Origin: a virus
Virus record (IMG/VR): IMGVR_UViG_3300041955_000247
Coordinates: 12,452-76,451 of that record
DNA: 64,000 nucleotides
Strand: one strand, 5' to 3'
The translations under genes were made by a program, and so were the position numbers. Below are positions 37,849-47,550 of the stretch, piece after piece; within the stretch, counting starts at the first letter, position 1; the number at the start of each line of letters is the position of its first letter. Below the pieces are notes generated by a model. It was given only the letters and a program-made list of their open reading frames with translations. It did not search any database and was not told where the DNA came from.

Positions 37849-38219
37849 TTGAATTTCTGCTTCTGCACGTTCCAGCCAACCCGCACCAGCTTCTGCTCAA
37901 ACGCATAGGCGTGCAGGTAATTGTCAAACACAAAGAACGTCGGCAGGAAGCTGCGGTTGAAGAACTTCCTGTGGCACACGGTTTCACCTGTACTGTACAG
38001 CATTTGATCGCCCCTCATGGTCAGGTGGTTCTTGGGTTCCTTGAATTGCAGCAGCGTGTTCTTTTTGTCTATCTCTACTACAAACAGGTAGATGGGCTTT
38101 GTTGAGCTATTGACCAGCAGCGTGACACCTTCCCAGGTTTGCACGGCACCGGCAGGCAGTTCCCTGATGACCTGCGTAATGGTATCTTGCGGTTCCTCAG
38201 GCGGTGTCCACAGGGTCAC
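37845..38219 (-). CDS. Hypothetical protein (paralogue of upstream gene); start uncertain
   Basis: C-terminal F.NY.HAYA shared with 38197-38449. Confidence 0.5.
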   Translation of the reverse strand: MTLWTPPEEPQDTITQVIRELPAGAVQTWEGVTLLVNSSTKPIYLFVVEIDKKNTLLQFKEPKNHLTMRGDQMLYSTGETVCHRKFFNRSFLPTFFVFDNYLHAYAFEQKLVRVGWNVQKQKFK

Positions 38220-38449
38220 GGGCTTTGGCCTTGCATTTGAGACTGTAGGCGTAGGCGTGGAAGTAGTTGGAGAAACAGTATCCATCTTTGGCATCTGATT
38301 CGTATAAAAAATTGAACCAGCTCGTATCAGGGCAAACAAAGCGTTTTTGAAGGTATCCATCTGAAGCAAAGACAACATACCAGGGGCCTCGCATTGTACG
38401 GGCTTCAAGTATTGTTAACGTCCCTGGGGGACTAGGCTTCCTCTTCATC
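38197..38449 (-). CDS. Hypothetical protein
   Basis: FSNYFHAYAY motif. Confidence 0.45.
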
Positions 38450-39841
38450 GTCAAACCCATCTTGCGGTATGTTTTCGAAGTAGTTGCCAACCATCAGGGA
38501 ACTATCAACAACGAAAGTGCCCATGCCATACTGCTGGCTGATTACAATGCTTATCTTGTCCTGATCACTACGCCCTGCCGCTACGAACAGCCGGGCCAAG
38601 CCCAGCTTACGTTCCTGCGGGGTTTGGGTATAGGTGATGTTAGTGTCACTGTTAGCCACCGTGCCATAGGCTTCACCCACGTTTTCAGCGCCCACCTGCT
38701 TTGATTTGGCGGCAGCCCGGTGTGATTGGCTCACCACCGCTGCCGCTAGGTTACGCTTCACCGCAATGCCACGTATGTCCATAAACGCTTGGTCAAGGTC
38801 AAGTCTGATATTGGTGGGATCCAGCTTCATCAGACGCGGATAGTCAACAATCAGCAAATCAGGCGTGAACCGTTCGGTCTGCTCCAGGTTGTCCAAGTAG
38901 GCTTCCAAGTGCCTCACCGTCAGTGAGCCGGTAGGGAAGTCACGGATCACAATGTTCTCAAGCAGCCGGTCGGCATAGCGGTCAATGCGCCGCTCAAGCT
39001 TGCGCCTGATCTTAGGGTCGTCATAGCTCAACGAGGGCTGTACCCGCACGTCCTTGTAGCCGGTAATGCGGCCAAGTTTGTCCTTCTCAAACTTGGTGTT
39101 CCTGAAGGTCTCTTTGCGCTTTGAAATGGCGAACAGGCTTTGGTAGTACCGTTGAGCGCAGCGCTCACGCGACATTTCCAAGCTGATATGGCATATTTTC
39201 AGCCGGTGCAGCGCGGCCATTTTGGCAAGCTGGATGAGCATCCATGTCTTGCCTGACTTGGTATTGGCAATGAAATGCCACAGCTCCTTGCGCGTAGGGC
39301 CAAATGACCGTTTGTCCAATTCAGGAATGCCGGTGGGGAAGCTGTGCTCCTGCATGTCCAGGAAGGACAACGACTTCTTGTCGCTGAGCCTGATGCCGGG
39401 GTCAAAGACACTCAGCGTTTGAGTGTTGGCCTTGGCCATGAGGTTCGCGGCTTCCTCAAGTGATTCCTCGGTGTCCTTCAATAGTGCCTTGTTGAAATCA
39501 ACCGCTATGGCGCGCAATGATTGCCGCTTGACGTAAGTCTCCAACTGAGACATCACGTAGGGAATATTTATCGTAGATGAGGCATCATGGATGCTCGTAA
39601 TGGTATCTTCATACAGTTGGGCCTCGCGCCCAATCTTGCTGTCCAGCTTGTCGCTTAGAATATCAGCAATATGATCTTTGGGGGCCTTCTTGAACCTGTC
39701 AATGTAGTCGTAAATTCTACTACTGATTTGTCGATAATGGCCGCCGAAAAGCTCCAAGGGCACGGTGTTGCGAATGATGATTGCCTGCTCAGTGTGATAG
39801 GCAAGCAATACGATAATGTTCTCTTGAAGAATACCTAACAT
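38432..39841 (-). CDS. DnaB-like replicative helicase
   Basis: TGIPELD, ANTKSGKT, SLEM, IVDY, SQ..R. Confidence 0.85.
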   Translation of the reverse strand: MLGILQENIIVLLAYHTEQAIIIRNTVPLELFGGHYRQISSRIYDYIDRFKKAPKDHIADILSDKLDSKIGREAQLYEDTITSIHDASSTINIPYVMSQLETYVKRQSLRAIAVDFNKALLKDTEESLEEAANLMAKANTQTLSVFDPGIRLSDKKSLSFLDMQEHSFPTGIPELDKRSFGPTRKELWHFIANTKSGKTWMLIQLAKMAALHRLKICHISLEMSRERCAQRYYQSLFAISKRKETFRNTKFEKDKLGRITGYKDVRVQPSLSYDDPKIRRKLERRIDRYADRLLENIVIRDFPTGSLTVRHLEAYLDNLEQTERFTPDLLIVDYPRLMKLDPTNIRLDLDQAFMDIRGIAVKRNLAAAVVSQSHRAAAKSKQVGAENVGEAYGTVANSDTNITYTQTPQERKLGLARLFVAAGRSDQDKISIVISQQYGMGTFVVDSSLMVGNYFENIPQDGFDDEEEA

Positions 39842-40306
39842 TCACTTGCCGGTAACCCGTTGCAGTATGATGGCGCTTGCCCCACCCTCAATGTAGCCGG
39901 GGAAGGCTGCCTTGAAGACTTCTGGGCAGCGCTCCAAGTTGGTGCACACGCTGCCTGTTGAAATGGGCACTTTGCGTTCCTTCAAGTCATCAATCAGGCA
40001 ATCCAGCATCAGCGATAACATGCCGTTGTAGGTCACCCGGTTGTCGCAGGCTTGCGGGAACGCCTTGGCGACGAACTCAACCACGGCCGTTTCACCCCGC
40101 CTGTAGGCTTTATACGTCGCAGCAGGCAGGTTGCCCAAGCCCGTGCGCAGGCCAAGGGTGCGTTGAATTACGTCAAACAGGGGGGTAGCGGGGGCATCAT
40201 TTGGCGCTGCCACAGGGCCTAGCAGGGCCTCAGCCGCTGCCCTGATTTGGGCAAGGTCAGGCTTGCTTAGGGTTGGCAACGCTGCAATGATTTTGTCAGG
40301 TTTCAT
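39842..40306 (-). CDS. Hypothetical protein
   Basis: Directly upstream of helicase. Confidence 0.6.
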   Translation of the reverse strand: MKPDKIIAALPTLSKPDLAQIRAAAEALLGPVAAPNDAPATPLFDVIQRTLGLRTGLGNLPAATYKAYRRGETAVVEFVAKAFPQACDNRVTYNGMLSLMLDCLIDDLKERKVPISTGSVCTNLERCPEVFKAAFPGYIEGGASAIILQRVTGK

Positions 40307-40697
40307 CAGCGATCACCAGATCGGTCAGCTTCACATCACCCAACCGGCCATTGTTGAAATCACCGGGCAGCAAGACAAAGCCGCTGTGGCTGCCGCCGTC
40401 AAGCACGGCTTCAAACGTCCATGCGGGGTAGATGTTGGGAACCACGAACTTCATGGCCACCAGCATACCTTGAGAACAGACCGCAATGGCCTTGCGCCGC
40501 AGGAAGCACCCCATGCGGCCGGTAAATTCAGGGCCGCACCGTGACGCGCTGAAAGGGCGCTGCACCACCCATTCCCAGGTCTTGCCACGCAACAGGTTCC
40601 TGAGATCATCCAGGGTAAATTCTTGAGACACAGGAGGTTCGTAGAACTTGTGCGGGTAGCGGTATATGTCAGTCGTTTGTTTTAATGCAGTCATCAT
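40296..40697 (-). CDS. Hypothetical protein (paralogous family)
   Basis: GGAGGG RBS; TLDDLRNLLRGKTW. Confidence 0.55.
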   Translation of the reverse strand: MMTALKQTTDIYRYPHKFYEPPVSQEFTLDDLRNLLRGKTWEWVVQRPFSASRCGPEFTGRMGCFLRRKAIAVCSQGMLVAMKFVVPNIYPAWTFEAVLDGGSHSGFVLLPGDFNNGRLGDVKLTDLVIADET

Positions 40698-41100
40698 CCC
40701 CTCCAACCGGATCCATGATTGAGCACCAAGCTCGCAACAGGGCATTTGCACCATTGTTGAGCATATAACCCTTGTATTGATTGGTCTTTCTCTTGTAGAG
40801 CATATCTGCATCTACCAAGAAGTGGCCACCACCATTTAGGATTGGTTCAATCATTGACCTGATTGGGCACACGCAAGGGATGAACCGGATCATGGTGTTA
40901 CCTGCAAATACCCCAACTCCAGTTACCTTTAGAAAGAACCCATAACGGGCCTGGAAGTTGATCTTCCGGTAGCGAACAGTTTTTGGATGATCCGTGTATT
41001 TACTGACGAACTGAGACCATTTGAGTGATTTGGCCAGTTCTTGCAGTTCTTCAATTGAGTAGTTCTTGGTTTGCAAGTGTCTTGGGACAGTTTTGCTCAT
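40669..41100 (-). CDS. Hypothetical protein (paralogous family)
   Basis: AGGAAG RBS; SIEELQELAKSLKW. Confidence 0.55.
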   Translation of the reverse strand: MSKTVPRHLQTKNYSIEELQELAKSLKWSQFVSKYTDHPKTVRYRKINFQARYGFFLKVTGVGVFAGNTMIRFIPCVCPIRSMIEPILNGGGHFLVDADMLYKRKTNQYKGYMLNNGANALLRAWCSIMDPVGGDDDCIKTND

Positions 41101-41773
41101 AGGACAGCTTCCTATTGTTGGAAGTTCTACTGGAAGTTCTTAATTCCACTATAAATCCTATTCTTGAACCTGGGTTTGATCCCATTAAGGCACAGTACCC
41201 CCATGGGGAACAAAAACACTAAGATCAAATGTTCTTGTTCCACCATGGAGTTCTTGAACCTTGGGAATCACCCAATAAGGCTACTACGCAAGCTTTTTCA
41301 CTGCTGTTGCAGTGGTGTCAGAGGCCCCTGCGATCCGAACACCTCTAGGCGTGTCGACACTCCCACCCTGATCCGCCCTTTGTTCATTGGGTTCCAGCGG
41401 TGCCGTAAAGCGACTGACAAAACCCGATGCCCATTTGCCGTTTGGGGCAAGCCGCATGAGTGCGGTTGTCGTTGTGATGGCGGGGTGCAATGCTTGCTGA
41501 GTGCCGCGACAAACTGCCCGGTTCCCCGGTCGCCGGTCACCCCGGCTTCCACTGTTGGGGCTAGGTGTCTACCTAGCTTGAACCATGTGGGCTTGGCTGG
41601 GCTGGAAAACCGGGCTGGCTGATGTGGTTGACGGGTGGAGGGGTTCCTTGGTATAGAGGCCCCGCGCCGCGTCACGCTTTGGTTTCAGCCGTCAAGCCAA
41701 CCAAAGCCGACCCAGGTTCGGATGACACCGGCCTGGGTCCCGGCGTCTTTATAGGCCCCTGAAATTGTCCGCG

Positions 41774-42232
41774 TCAAGCTTCGTCATCAAACTGAAATGT
41801 TGGCACCACGAACTCATTGTACATTCTCGTTGAACGGATAAAATCTATCTCAATGCCTTTTTTGGCCAATGTCGTGGGCCTTATGACTTCCGGCTTATAT
41901 AGCAAAAGCGCTGCAAGCCCCGTCGTAGCCTCTTTGGCTACGTTGAGATTATTGATTGTCTCTTTGTAGGTAGAGGGAATTGGTTTCAACACCACCCATC
42001 GGGCATTGGCCGCGATGGCACAAGTGTAGCGCCCAAGATAGATACCAATGCCACAGGCAAACTTGACCCCGCCAATTGTCTGAACTCGTTCATTGCCCCA
42101 ATAGCCCCACTTCAAGCCGCGCAGCATGTCACGCAGTTCGTCCGTGGTGGGCGGCTGATGCTTAGGCGCACGCCTATCCTGCTGCCGCGCCTGAAACTCC
42201 TGCAATGAGCTACGCTGCTGCCACCTGCTCAT
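41774..42232 (-). CDS. Hypothetical protein (paralogous family)
   Basis: TTDELRDMLRGLKW. Confidence 0.55.
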   Translation of the reverse strand: MSRWQQRSSLQEFQARQQDRRAPKHQPPTTDELRDMLRGLKWGYWGNERVQTIGGVKFACGIGIYLGRYTCAIAANARWVVLKPIPSTYKETINNLNVAKEATTGLAALLLYKPEVIRPTTLAKKGIEIDFIRSTRMYNEFVVPTFQFDDEA

Positions 42233-42236
42233 GACA

Positions 42237-42728
42237 TCAGTGCACCAGGGTTGAGCGCATATCAGCCATAAGGTCAGCGGTGGGGCGCAGCACCGGCACC
42301 CGGTAGCGCTTATGGCAGCGCTTGTCAGCCGGGTAGCGGCCCTTTGGGTCAGGCAATACCACCTGCTGCACAAGGTAATCATTGGATTGAAAGAACTCGG
42401 TTGCCTGCAAGGTGTACTGGGTGCGGGCAATAGGAGTGGTATCCCATACCTGCAATTCATGAGTACCGCCAAGGCTTACCCGCTGGCCATTTGAGAAGCG
42501 TTTACCGGCTTCAATCATTTGCTCAGATAACGTATTGAGGATGGCCGTTGCGGCCTTTGGTTCAAAGTTGCCGATGATCAATAGTTCGGGCACCTCCCTG
42601 GCCGCGTTGCCAATGGTGTAATAGAAGCCCGGCTGCTTGCCGTCGGGCGCAATGGCAAGAACCTGCCTGCCGTGCTGTTGAATGGTTTGAGCTATCTTTA
42701 TATAAAACGGGTCGTTATGCTTGACCAT
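42237..42728 (-). CDS. DUF4262-like protein
   Basis: F.YTIG......PELLI.G; Q.VLPD..GRYP. Confidence 0.65.
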   Translation of the reverse strand: MVKHNDPFYIKIAQTIQQHGRQVLAIAPDGKQPGFYYTIGNAAREVPELLIIGNFEPKAATAILNTLSEQMIEAGKRFSNGQRVSLGGTHELQVWDTTPIARTQYTLQATEFFQSNDYLVQQVVLPDPKGRYPADKRCHKRYRVPVLRPTADLMADMRSTLVH

Positions 42729-42739
42729 TATCGGTTCCT

Positions 42740-42946
42740 TTACTGATTGATTCGTTGTAGTATGAAGTGTGCAAACTTCATACATTCTTCGGGTGAGTTG
42801 AAATCCTTTTCATCTACAGTAAGAACTGCACCTGTTGAACGGACACTGCTGGAAGCTGTAGGCCCGTAAATCAACCACGCAGGAGTAATGCAGTCATATC
42901 CTCCTACTTCATCATACTCAATGGTGTATTTTTCTTTGTCCATCAT
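42740..42946 (-). CDS. Hypothetical protein
   Basis: AAGGAA RBS. Confidence 0.5.
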   Translation of the reverse strand: MMDKEKYTIEYDEVGGYDCITPAWLIYGPTASSSVRSTGAVLTVDEKDFNSPEECMKFAHFILQRINQ

Positions 42947-43402
42947 CGGTTCCTTTACGGTTGAATAAGTTGGCTGCCTAATGGTGTTTCAGCGGCATGA
43001 ACCCACTGGCGCGCGATGGACACCGCGCCACCTGATAGGAGGACCGCAACACCACCTTGTCGCGCCTAGCTGGCCTGGGTCAATCATGGAACGCCCAAGC
43101 CCATTCACGCTCGCCCGTTGACAGCCACGGCTGCGGGAGGAAATGCCCTCCTTCAGGTCGTAGGTGTAAGGCTAATTCAAGCGGGTCACTTCCGCCAGCC
43201 TAAAGTTCGACCACCCTGAATTGCAGGTTTGGGTTCCAGTTCTCAATCCAGCGGTTGCGCAGGTGTTCAATTTCCTCCTGTGCCTTGTCACGGCAGGTGC
43301 CTTCATGCCCGTAAGGCAGATGAGGTATTTGCACGGTGTTGAGGATGCCCCATTCATCAATGGATGACTTGCGGGCTTGCAGTTGCAGGTGCGTTATGGT
43401 CT

Positions 43403-43717
43403 TCATGGTTTTCTCCTGTCTCCTTCTTGTAACCATTCAATTTTCATTGAGGGCATTTTCTTGACACGGCCGATCAAGTCCCAATGGTCCTTCACGTAGT
43501 TGTACGGCTGACGGCTTGCCCCAACGACATTGCCTTGGGCATCAACGTGGATAAACACCACACAGTTCCATGGGTGCCTGCCGTTGACCTTATCAACAAC
43601 ACCAACACAGATGCGGAAGTCCCTGAAGGCTGGTGCTCTGTTGTTTCCATACACATTACCCTCAAGGACTTCACCACCTCGTGTTGGGTAAATGCGTGGG
43701 TCAATCTTGACCTTCAT
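43403..43717 (-). CDS. Hypothetical protein
   Basis: Coupled in chain of early genes. Confidence 0.55.
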   Translation of the reverse strand: MKVKIDPRIYPTRGGEVLEGNVYGNNRAPAFRDFRICVGVVDKVNGRHPWNCVVFIHVDAQGNVVGASRQPYNYVKDHWDLIGRVKKMPSMKIEWLQEGDRRKP

Positions 43718-43941
43718 GGTTTTACTATCCTGTTGCGTTTATTCCAGTGGAGCATGGCTTCTCGCCGAGTAGCACGAGGTGCAAAGTGCCGATGCTCTTT
43801 GCTGCATTTTGGGTTTGAACATTCAATCTCAATTTCAGAGAAAAGGTAATCGTTTGTTGGCTTGAAATGTACATCAACCGAACGCAAGTGTGGTAATGAA
43901 CCGCAGAAGCGGCACTTTACTGGGTCAGGGATTACCTTCAT
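43714..43941 (-). CDS. Lar-like zinc-finger protein
   Basis: CRFCG...CSNPKC...A..HWN.R. Confidence 0.55.
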   Translation of the reverse strand: MKVIPDPVKCRFCGSLPHLRSVDVHFKPTNDYLFSEIEIECSNPKCSKEHRHFAPRATRREAMLHWNKRNRIVKP

Positions 43942-44180
43942 GGCTTCACCATTTCAACATAGGTGTCTGAGTTATCGTGAATTGCGTAGATAAGGACGGG
44001 TTTTGACTTGTCCTCTTTGAGGAGTAGATGAGCGTGGGCTCGCGCTTCCTTCAGCGTTTTGTGCTCCTGCCGCTCATACTTCCTCTGGATCATGCGGACC
44101 GTGGTGAAGAGCTGAGCGTTAGCGATGATCCAATCTTCACGCTCTTTGGCACTGGCGAAGTTGAGTGGTCTATTGGTCAT
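43938..44180 (-). CDS. Hypothetical protein
   Basis: ATGA-coupled. Confidence 0.55.
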   Translation of the reverse strand: MTNRPLNFASAKEREDWIIANAQLFTTVRMIQRKYERQEHKTLKEARAHAHLLLKEDKSKPVLIYAIHDNSDTYVEMVKP

Positions 44181-44394
44181 GATTTATCCGTTCCTGAGTT
44201 GTTCAGCATAGAAGTTCAGGGCGTCAACAATTAGATTACGTTCTGCCTCAGAAAGTCGCGGATGAATTTTGGGTGTGTTGGGGTATGTGTATCTAGTGCC
44301 TGCTTTCAGCGACTTCAATTTGGCAGCAAGGGCATCCATTTCTTTAGCTATTTCATCCCATGATTTTTCTTCCATAGTCCACTCCTTAGATATG

Positions 44395-44423
44395 AAAAGG
44401 GGCCGGAATTGCTTCCGACCCCC
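44395..44423 (-). terminator. Intrinsic terminator
   Basis: Minus strand AGGGGTCGGAA-GCAA-TTCCGGCCCCT followed by TTT. Confidence 0.6.
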
Positions 44424-44527
44424 TACGCAACGCAACGCTTACAAATTTCCCGCATGGCCCGACCTGCGGCCTTTTGTCCTTAGGTGGTCAGCCAGTTGAC
44501 AAGGGGCGCGGGCTCCCAGCCTGAAGC

Positions 44528-45169
44528 TTAGTCCTTGCCGTGGAGCTTGTAGCGGGTCACCATGCGGCCGGTGCTGGACTTGACTTCGGTCTTGTCCACC
44601 TTGTGGCCGTTGCCCTCAAGCTCCGTGAGCAGGTTGAACTGGACGGAGCCAAGCACTTCCTTGACCTCACCCAGTGTTGCGCCCTTGCCCTTGGCATACA
44701 TGGCGGCGGCCTTGGACTTGATGCTGTCCTTGCGGAAGCCAAAGGCGTCCAGCTTGGCCGGGTCACGCTGCCGTTCAGCCTTTTTGGCTTTGCCTTTTGC
44801 GGCCTTTGGCGTGGCGCTGGGTAGGGCCTTTTTGCCCTGGGCCTTCACAGCGGGTTTAGCTTTGCCGTTACCAGCGGCCTTTACAGGGGCTTTACGGGGC
44901 TTGGCAGCCTTGGGGGTTTTTGCGGGGGTCACCGGGGCCTCAGTGTCCTGGGCCTCAGTGGCTTCATCATCGTGCTTGGTCATTGGTGGTACCTCTTTCT
45001 CGCTGGTTACAGTTACAGTCTCACGCCGCAAGAAAGCTGGTATGCTGCCGTCCTCGGGTAGGGACGTATCAAGCGGCTTCTGATTTGGATCCTGTATGTG
45101 GCACACTCTAAGGTTGGCCGCAGTCAGCACCACTCGCTTGGATATAGGAGGGGCCAAAACGGCTGTCAA
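44528..45169 (-). CDS. Lys/Ala-rich (histone-like) protein with C-terminal putative winged helix
   Basis: PKAAKPRKAPVKAA tract; C-terminal domain similar to 26989-27795. Confidence 0.6.
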   Translation of the reverse strand: MTAVLAPPISKRVVLTAANLRVCHIQDPNQKPLDTSLPEDGSIPAFLRRETVTVTSEKEVPPMTKHDDEATEAQDTEAPVTPAKTPKAAKPRKAPVKAAGNGKAKPAVKAQGKKALPSATPKAAKGKAKKAERQRDPAKLDAFGFRKDSIKSKAAAMYAKGKGATLGEVKEVLGSVQFNLLTELEGNGHKVDKTEVKSSTGRMVTRYKLHGKD

Positions 45170-45187
45170 GAGATTATTTTCGTGAGT

Positions 45188-45577
45188 TTAGGATGAGGCA
45201 CCAAGCTTCAGAACGGTACCAACCAAACAATAGGACGCGGTACCCACGCGCCTGATCTTTTCAGCAGCAAGCAGCCGATGAAGGATGGGGCTTACGCTAT
45301 TGCCGCTGAAGCGGTGTTTCTCAAAGGCAGCTTCAATTTCCTTGACATGAAACACCCGTGGCTCCTTGCCTAAGGTTTGGAGCAACAGGTCTTCACCGCT
45401 GATGCCTTTGTTGCGCTTGTTGTCCACATAATGGAAGTCACGTGCGGTGGGCTTCTCAGCTTTGGCTTCCTCAGTAGGGGTCACGCTGACCAGCTTGGCA
45501 CTTCCAGCTATTGCACCCAGGATGGTGGGGAGTTCCTTTTCCCCAACATGCAGGGTAACGAGATACACGGTAGTCAT
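45188..45577 (-). CDS. Hypothetical DNA-binding protein
   Basis: GAGGAG RBS; C-terminal winged-helix-like segment. Confidence 0.5.
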   Translation of the reverse strand: MTTVYLVTLHVGEKELPTILGAIAGSAKLVSVTPTEEAKAEKPTARDFHYVDNKRNKGISGEDLLLQTLGKEPRVFHVKEIEAAFEKHRFSGNSVSPILHRLLAAEKIRRVGTASYCLVGTVLKLGASS

Positions 45578-45587
45578 GATTTGCTCC

Positions 45588-46835
45588 TCAGTAGTTGGGT
45601 GAATCGACGTGAACAATAGAACCGAAGCCGGGCTTGAATGTGAGGAGCCTAGCTTCAGTCGTATAAGCCCCCCACAGCACCGGGCATGGGGGTTCCTTAC
45701 CAAACGAACACGTTTCCATGTCGGTCAGGTACACAACGCAGGCAGCGTCAGGCACGTTCTTAGCCAGCCATTCAAAGCTGTTGTCGAAGTCAGTGCCGCC
45801 GCCGTCAGGACACTTGGCGGTGACTACATCGCCCGGTATGTATTCGTCAACCACCCGAACCTCAGTGTCGGCATACACCACCCACAGGTGATCGCATGTG
45901 CCGGTGTCCAACGCGCCTGCTACTTCGCTGACAAACGCCTTGATCATCTCAGGTGAAACCGAACCTGAGCAGTCAACGAACATGACCATTTCATGCAGCG
46001 CATCCGCCACATTGCCCGGCAGGATCAACCCGCTGTGAATGTAGCGCCGGTTAGGTCGCCTGAAGCTGTAATCGGTGGTCATGCTTTGGTCAATGAACTG
46101 GGCCGTCAAGTCACGCCATGACACTTTGGGGCGCTGCAACTGTGTTACAAGCCGCTCAAGGTAGCCGGGGGTTTGCCCCGCATTGTTGGCCCGTGCCACG
46201 CTCACAGCCATGCGCACGTTTGCTTGCCATTCATGCGCAACTTGCTCAGGGCTTAACTTGGCCCCGCCTTGGCCGTTGCCTTTACCGTCATTGTCAGGGT
46301 CACCGGGGCCACTACCTGCATCCAGCACGGCACCACAGCCGCCGATGTCCACGACAATATAGCCGCCACCACCGGGCTGCTTGGGCGGGTCGGGGATCTT
46401 TTCATAGATCTCCTCGGTACTCATGTCCTTGAACTGCGGATCATACAGGTGGAACTTCTCACCCTTCGAGTTCATGCACTCAGCCAGTGTCGCCGGTTTG
46501 TAGGGCAACTGGAAGGGCACCTTTTTGAGATCATCATTGATCCTGAAATCACCCGCCATGTTGAATTTGGTATGGTCGCGGTGACCCCGCCGTGAGAAGT
46601 GCGAGTACACGCAGTGCATGACTTCGTGAGCCATCACGCCCACAAGTTCCTCCTCACCACACTCAAGGACAAACTTGGGGTTAAAATATAGATTAACCCC
46701 ATCCACGCCGCACGTCGGCACCCGCTCAGTCTCAACCAAGTTGAGTTGCAGGCACAGGTGCCCAAAGAAAGGTTCTCTGACAATCATCTGCGTTCGTGCA
46801 CGCAGGATGGCCTGCTTGGCTTTGCTGTTAGGCAT
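45588..46835 (-). CDS. Metallopeptidase-vWA domain protein (DUF2201-type)
   Basis: HEVMH, MIDAS DCSGS, GGGTDF, YLTD. Confidence 0.85.
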   Translation of the reverse strand: MPNSKAKQAILRARTQMIVREPFFGHLCLQLNLVETERVPTCGVDGVNLYFNPKFVLECGEEELVGVMAHEVMHCVYSHFSRRGHRDHTKFNMAGDFRINDDLKKVPFQLPYKPATLAECMNSKGEKFHLYDPQFKDMSTEEIYEKIPDPPKQPGGGGYIVVDIGGCGAVLDAGSGPGDPDNDGKGNGQGGAKLSPEQVAHEWQANVRMAVSVARANNAGQTPGYLERLVTQLQRPKVSWRDLTAQFIDQSMTTDYSFRRPNRRYIHSGLILPGNVADALHEMVMFVDCSGSVSPEMIKAFVSEVAGALDTGTCDHLWVVYADTEVRVVDEYIPGDVVTAKCPDGGGTDFDNSFEWLAKNVPDAACVVYLTDMETCSFGKEPPCPVLWGAYTTEARLLTFKPGFGSIVHVDSPNY

Positions 46836-47028
46836 TGGTCAGTTCCTCCTTAAGCCAATCCAAGAGCAACTCAGCGCTTGGGAACACAAAGCGGTTTATG
46901 GTCCGGTCATTGCCTTGGACAACCGTGGACACTTTGACAAGCCAACCATTGTAGACTTCGTCAATGGTGAAGCGGTTCCAGTTGTCGTCAGTACGGGTTG
47001 GTTCGCGTGTTGCCATGATCTATCTCCT

Positions 47029-47373
47029 TCAGCGAGGTTCGAATGTTATCCTTTGGTCCTCGCTGTCCTTGGCATACTCAGCGTAGACCTTGGGGTTGCC
47101 TTCCTTCAGCGCCTTTTGATCCAGCCGCGTGGTGGGCACAATGGTCAGCTTTGCTTTCCATTGCTCCCCGTTCACGTAGCCTTCCTTGCCCTTGCACTTG
47201 GCCTTGATCTCATCCTTGACCATTTCATCAATGGTCTTGATATGCTTGCCCAACGTCCGGATGCGGGCACATACGTCGATGCGCTCCTCACGCTTCATGT
47301 CGGGAAGCCGCTTGACAAGGTCCTCCATGATCAGGGCCATGTCCTCAAGATCGGCTTTGGTCAGCTTTTGCAT
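47029..47373 (-). CDS. Hypothetical protein
   Basis: GGAG RBS; RLDQKALKE..P.VY. Confidence 0.55.
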   Translation of the reverse strand: MQKLTKADLEDMALIMEDLVKRLPDMKREERIDVCARIRTLGKHIKTIDEMVKDEIKAKCKGKEGYVNGEQWKAKLTIVPTTRLDQKALKEGNPKVYAEYAKDSEDQRITFEPR

Positions 47374-47550
47374 TAGATTAACTCCATATTGCCTTGTGTT
47401 ATTCTCAATACCCAATAGCCATCGGGCCTTTGGACCCATTGACCAAAGGATATACTCCGGCCTTCGTCATTTTCAACCTCGACAAAGCGCCCAGCTTCTG
47501 GCCCTGGTGGGCCGTCAAAAACGATGTCAACATACTTGTTCATGATACCC

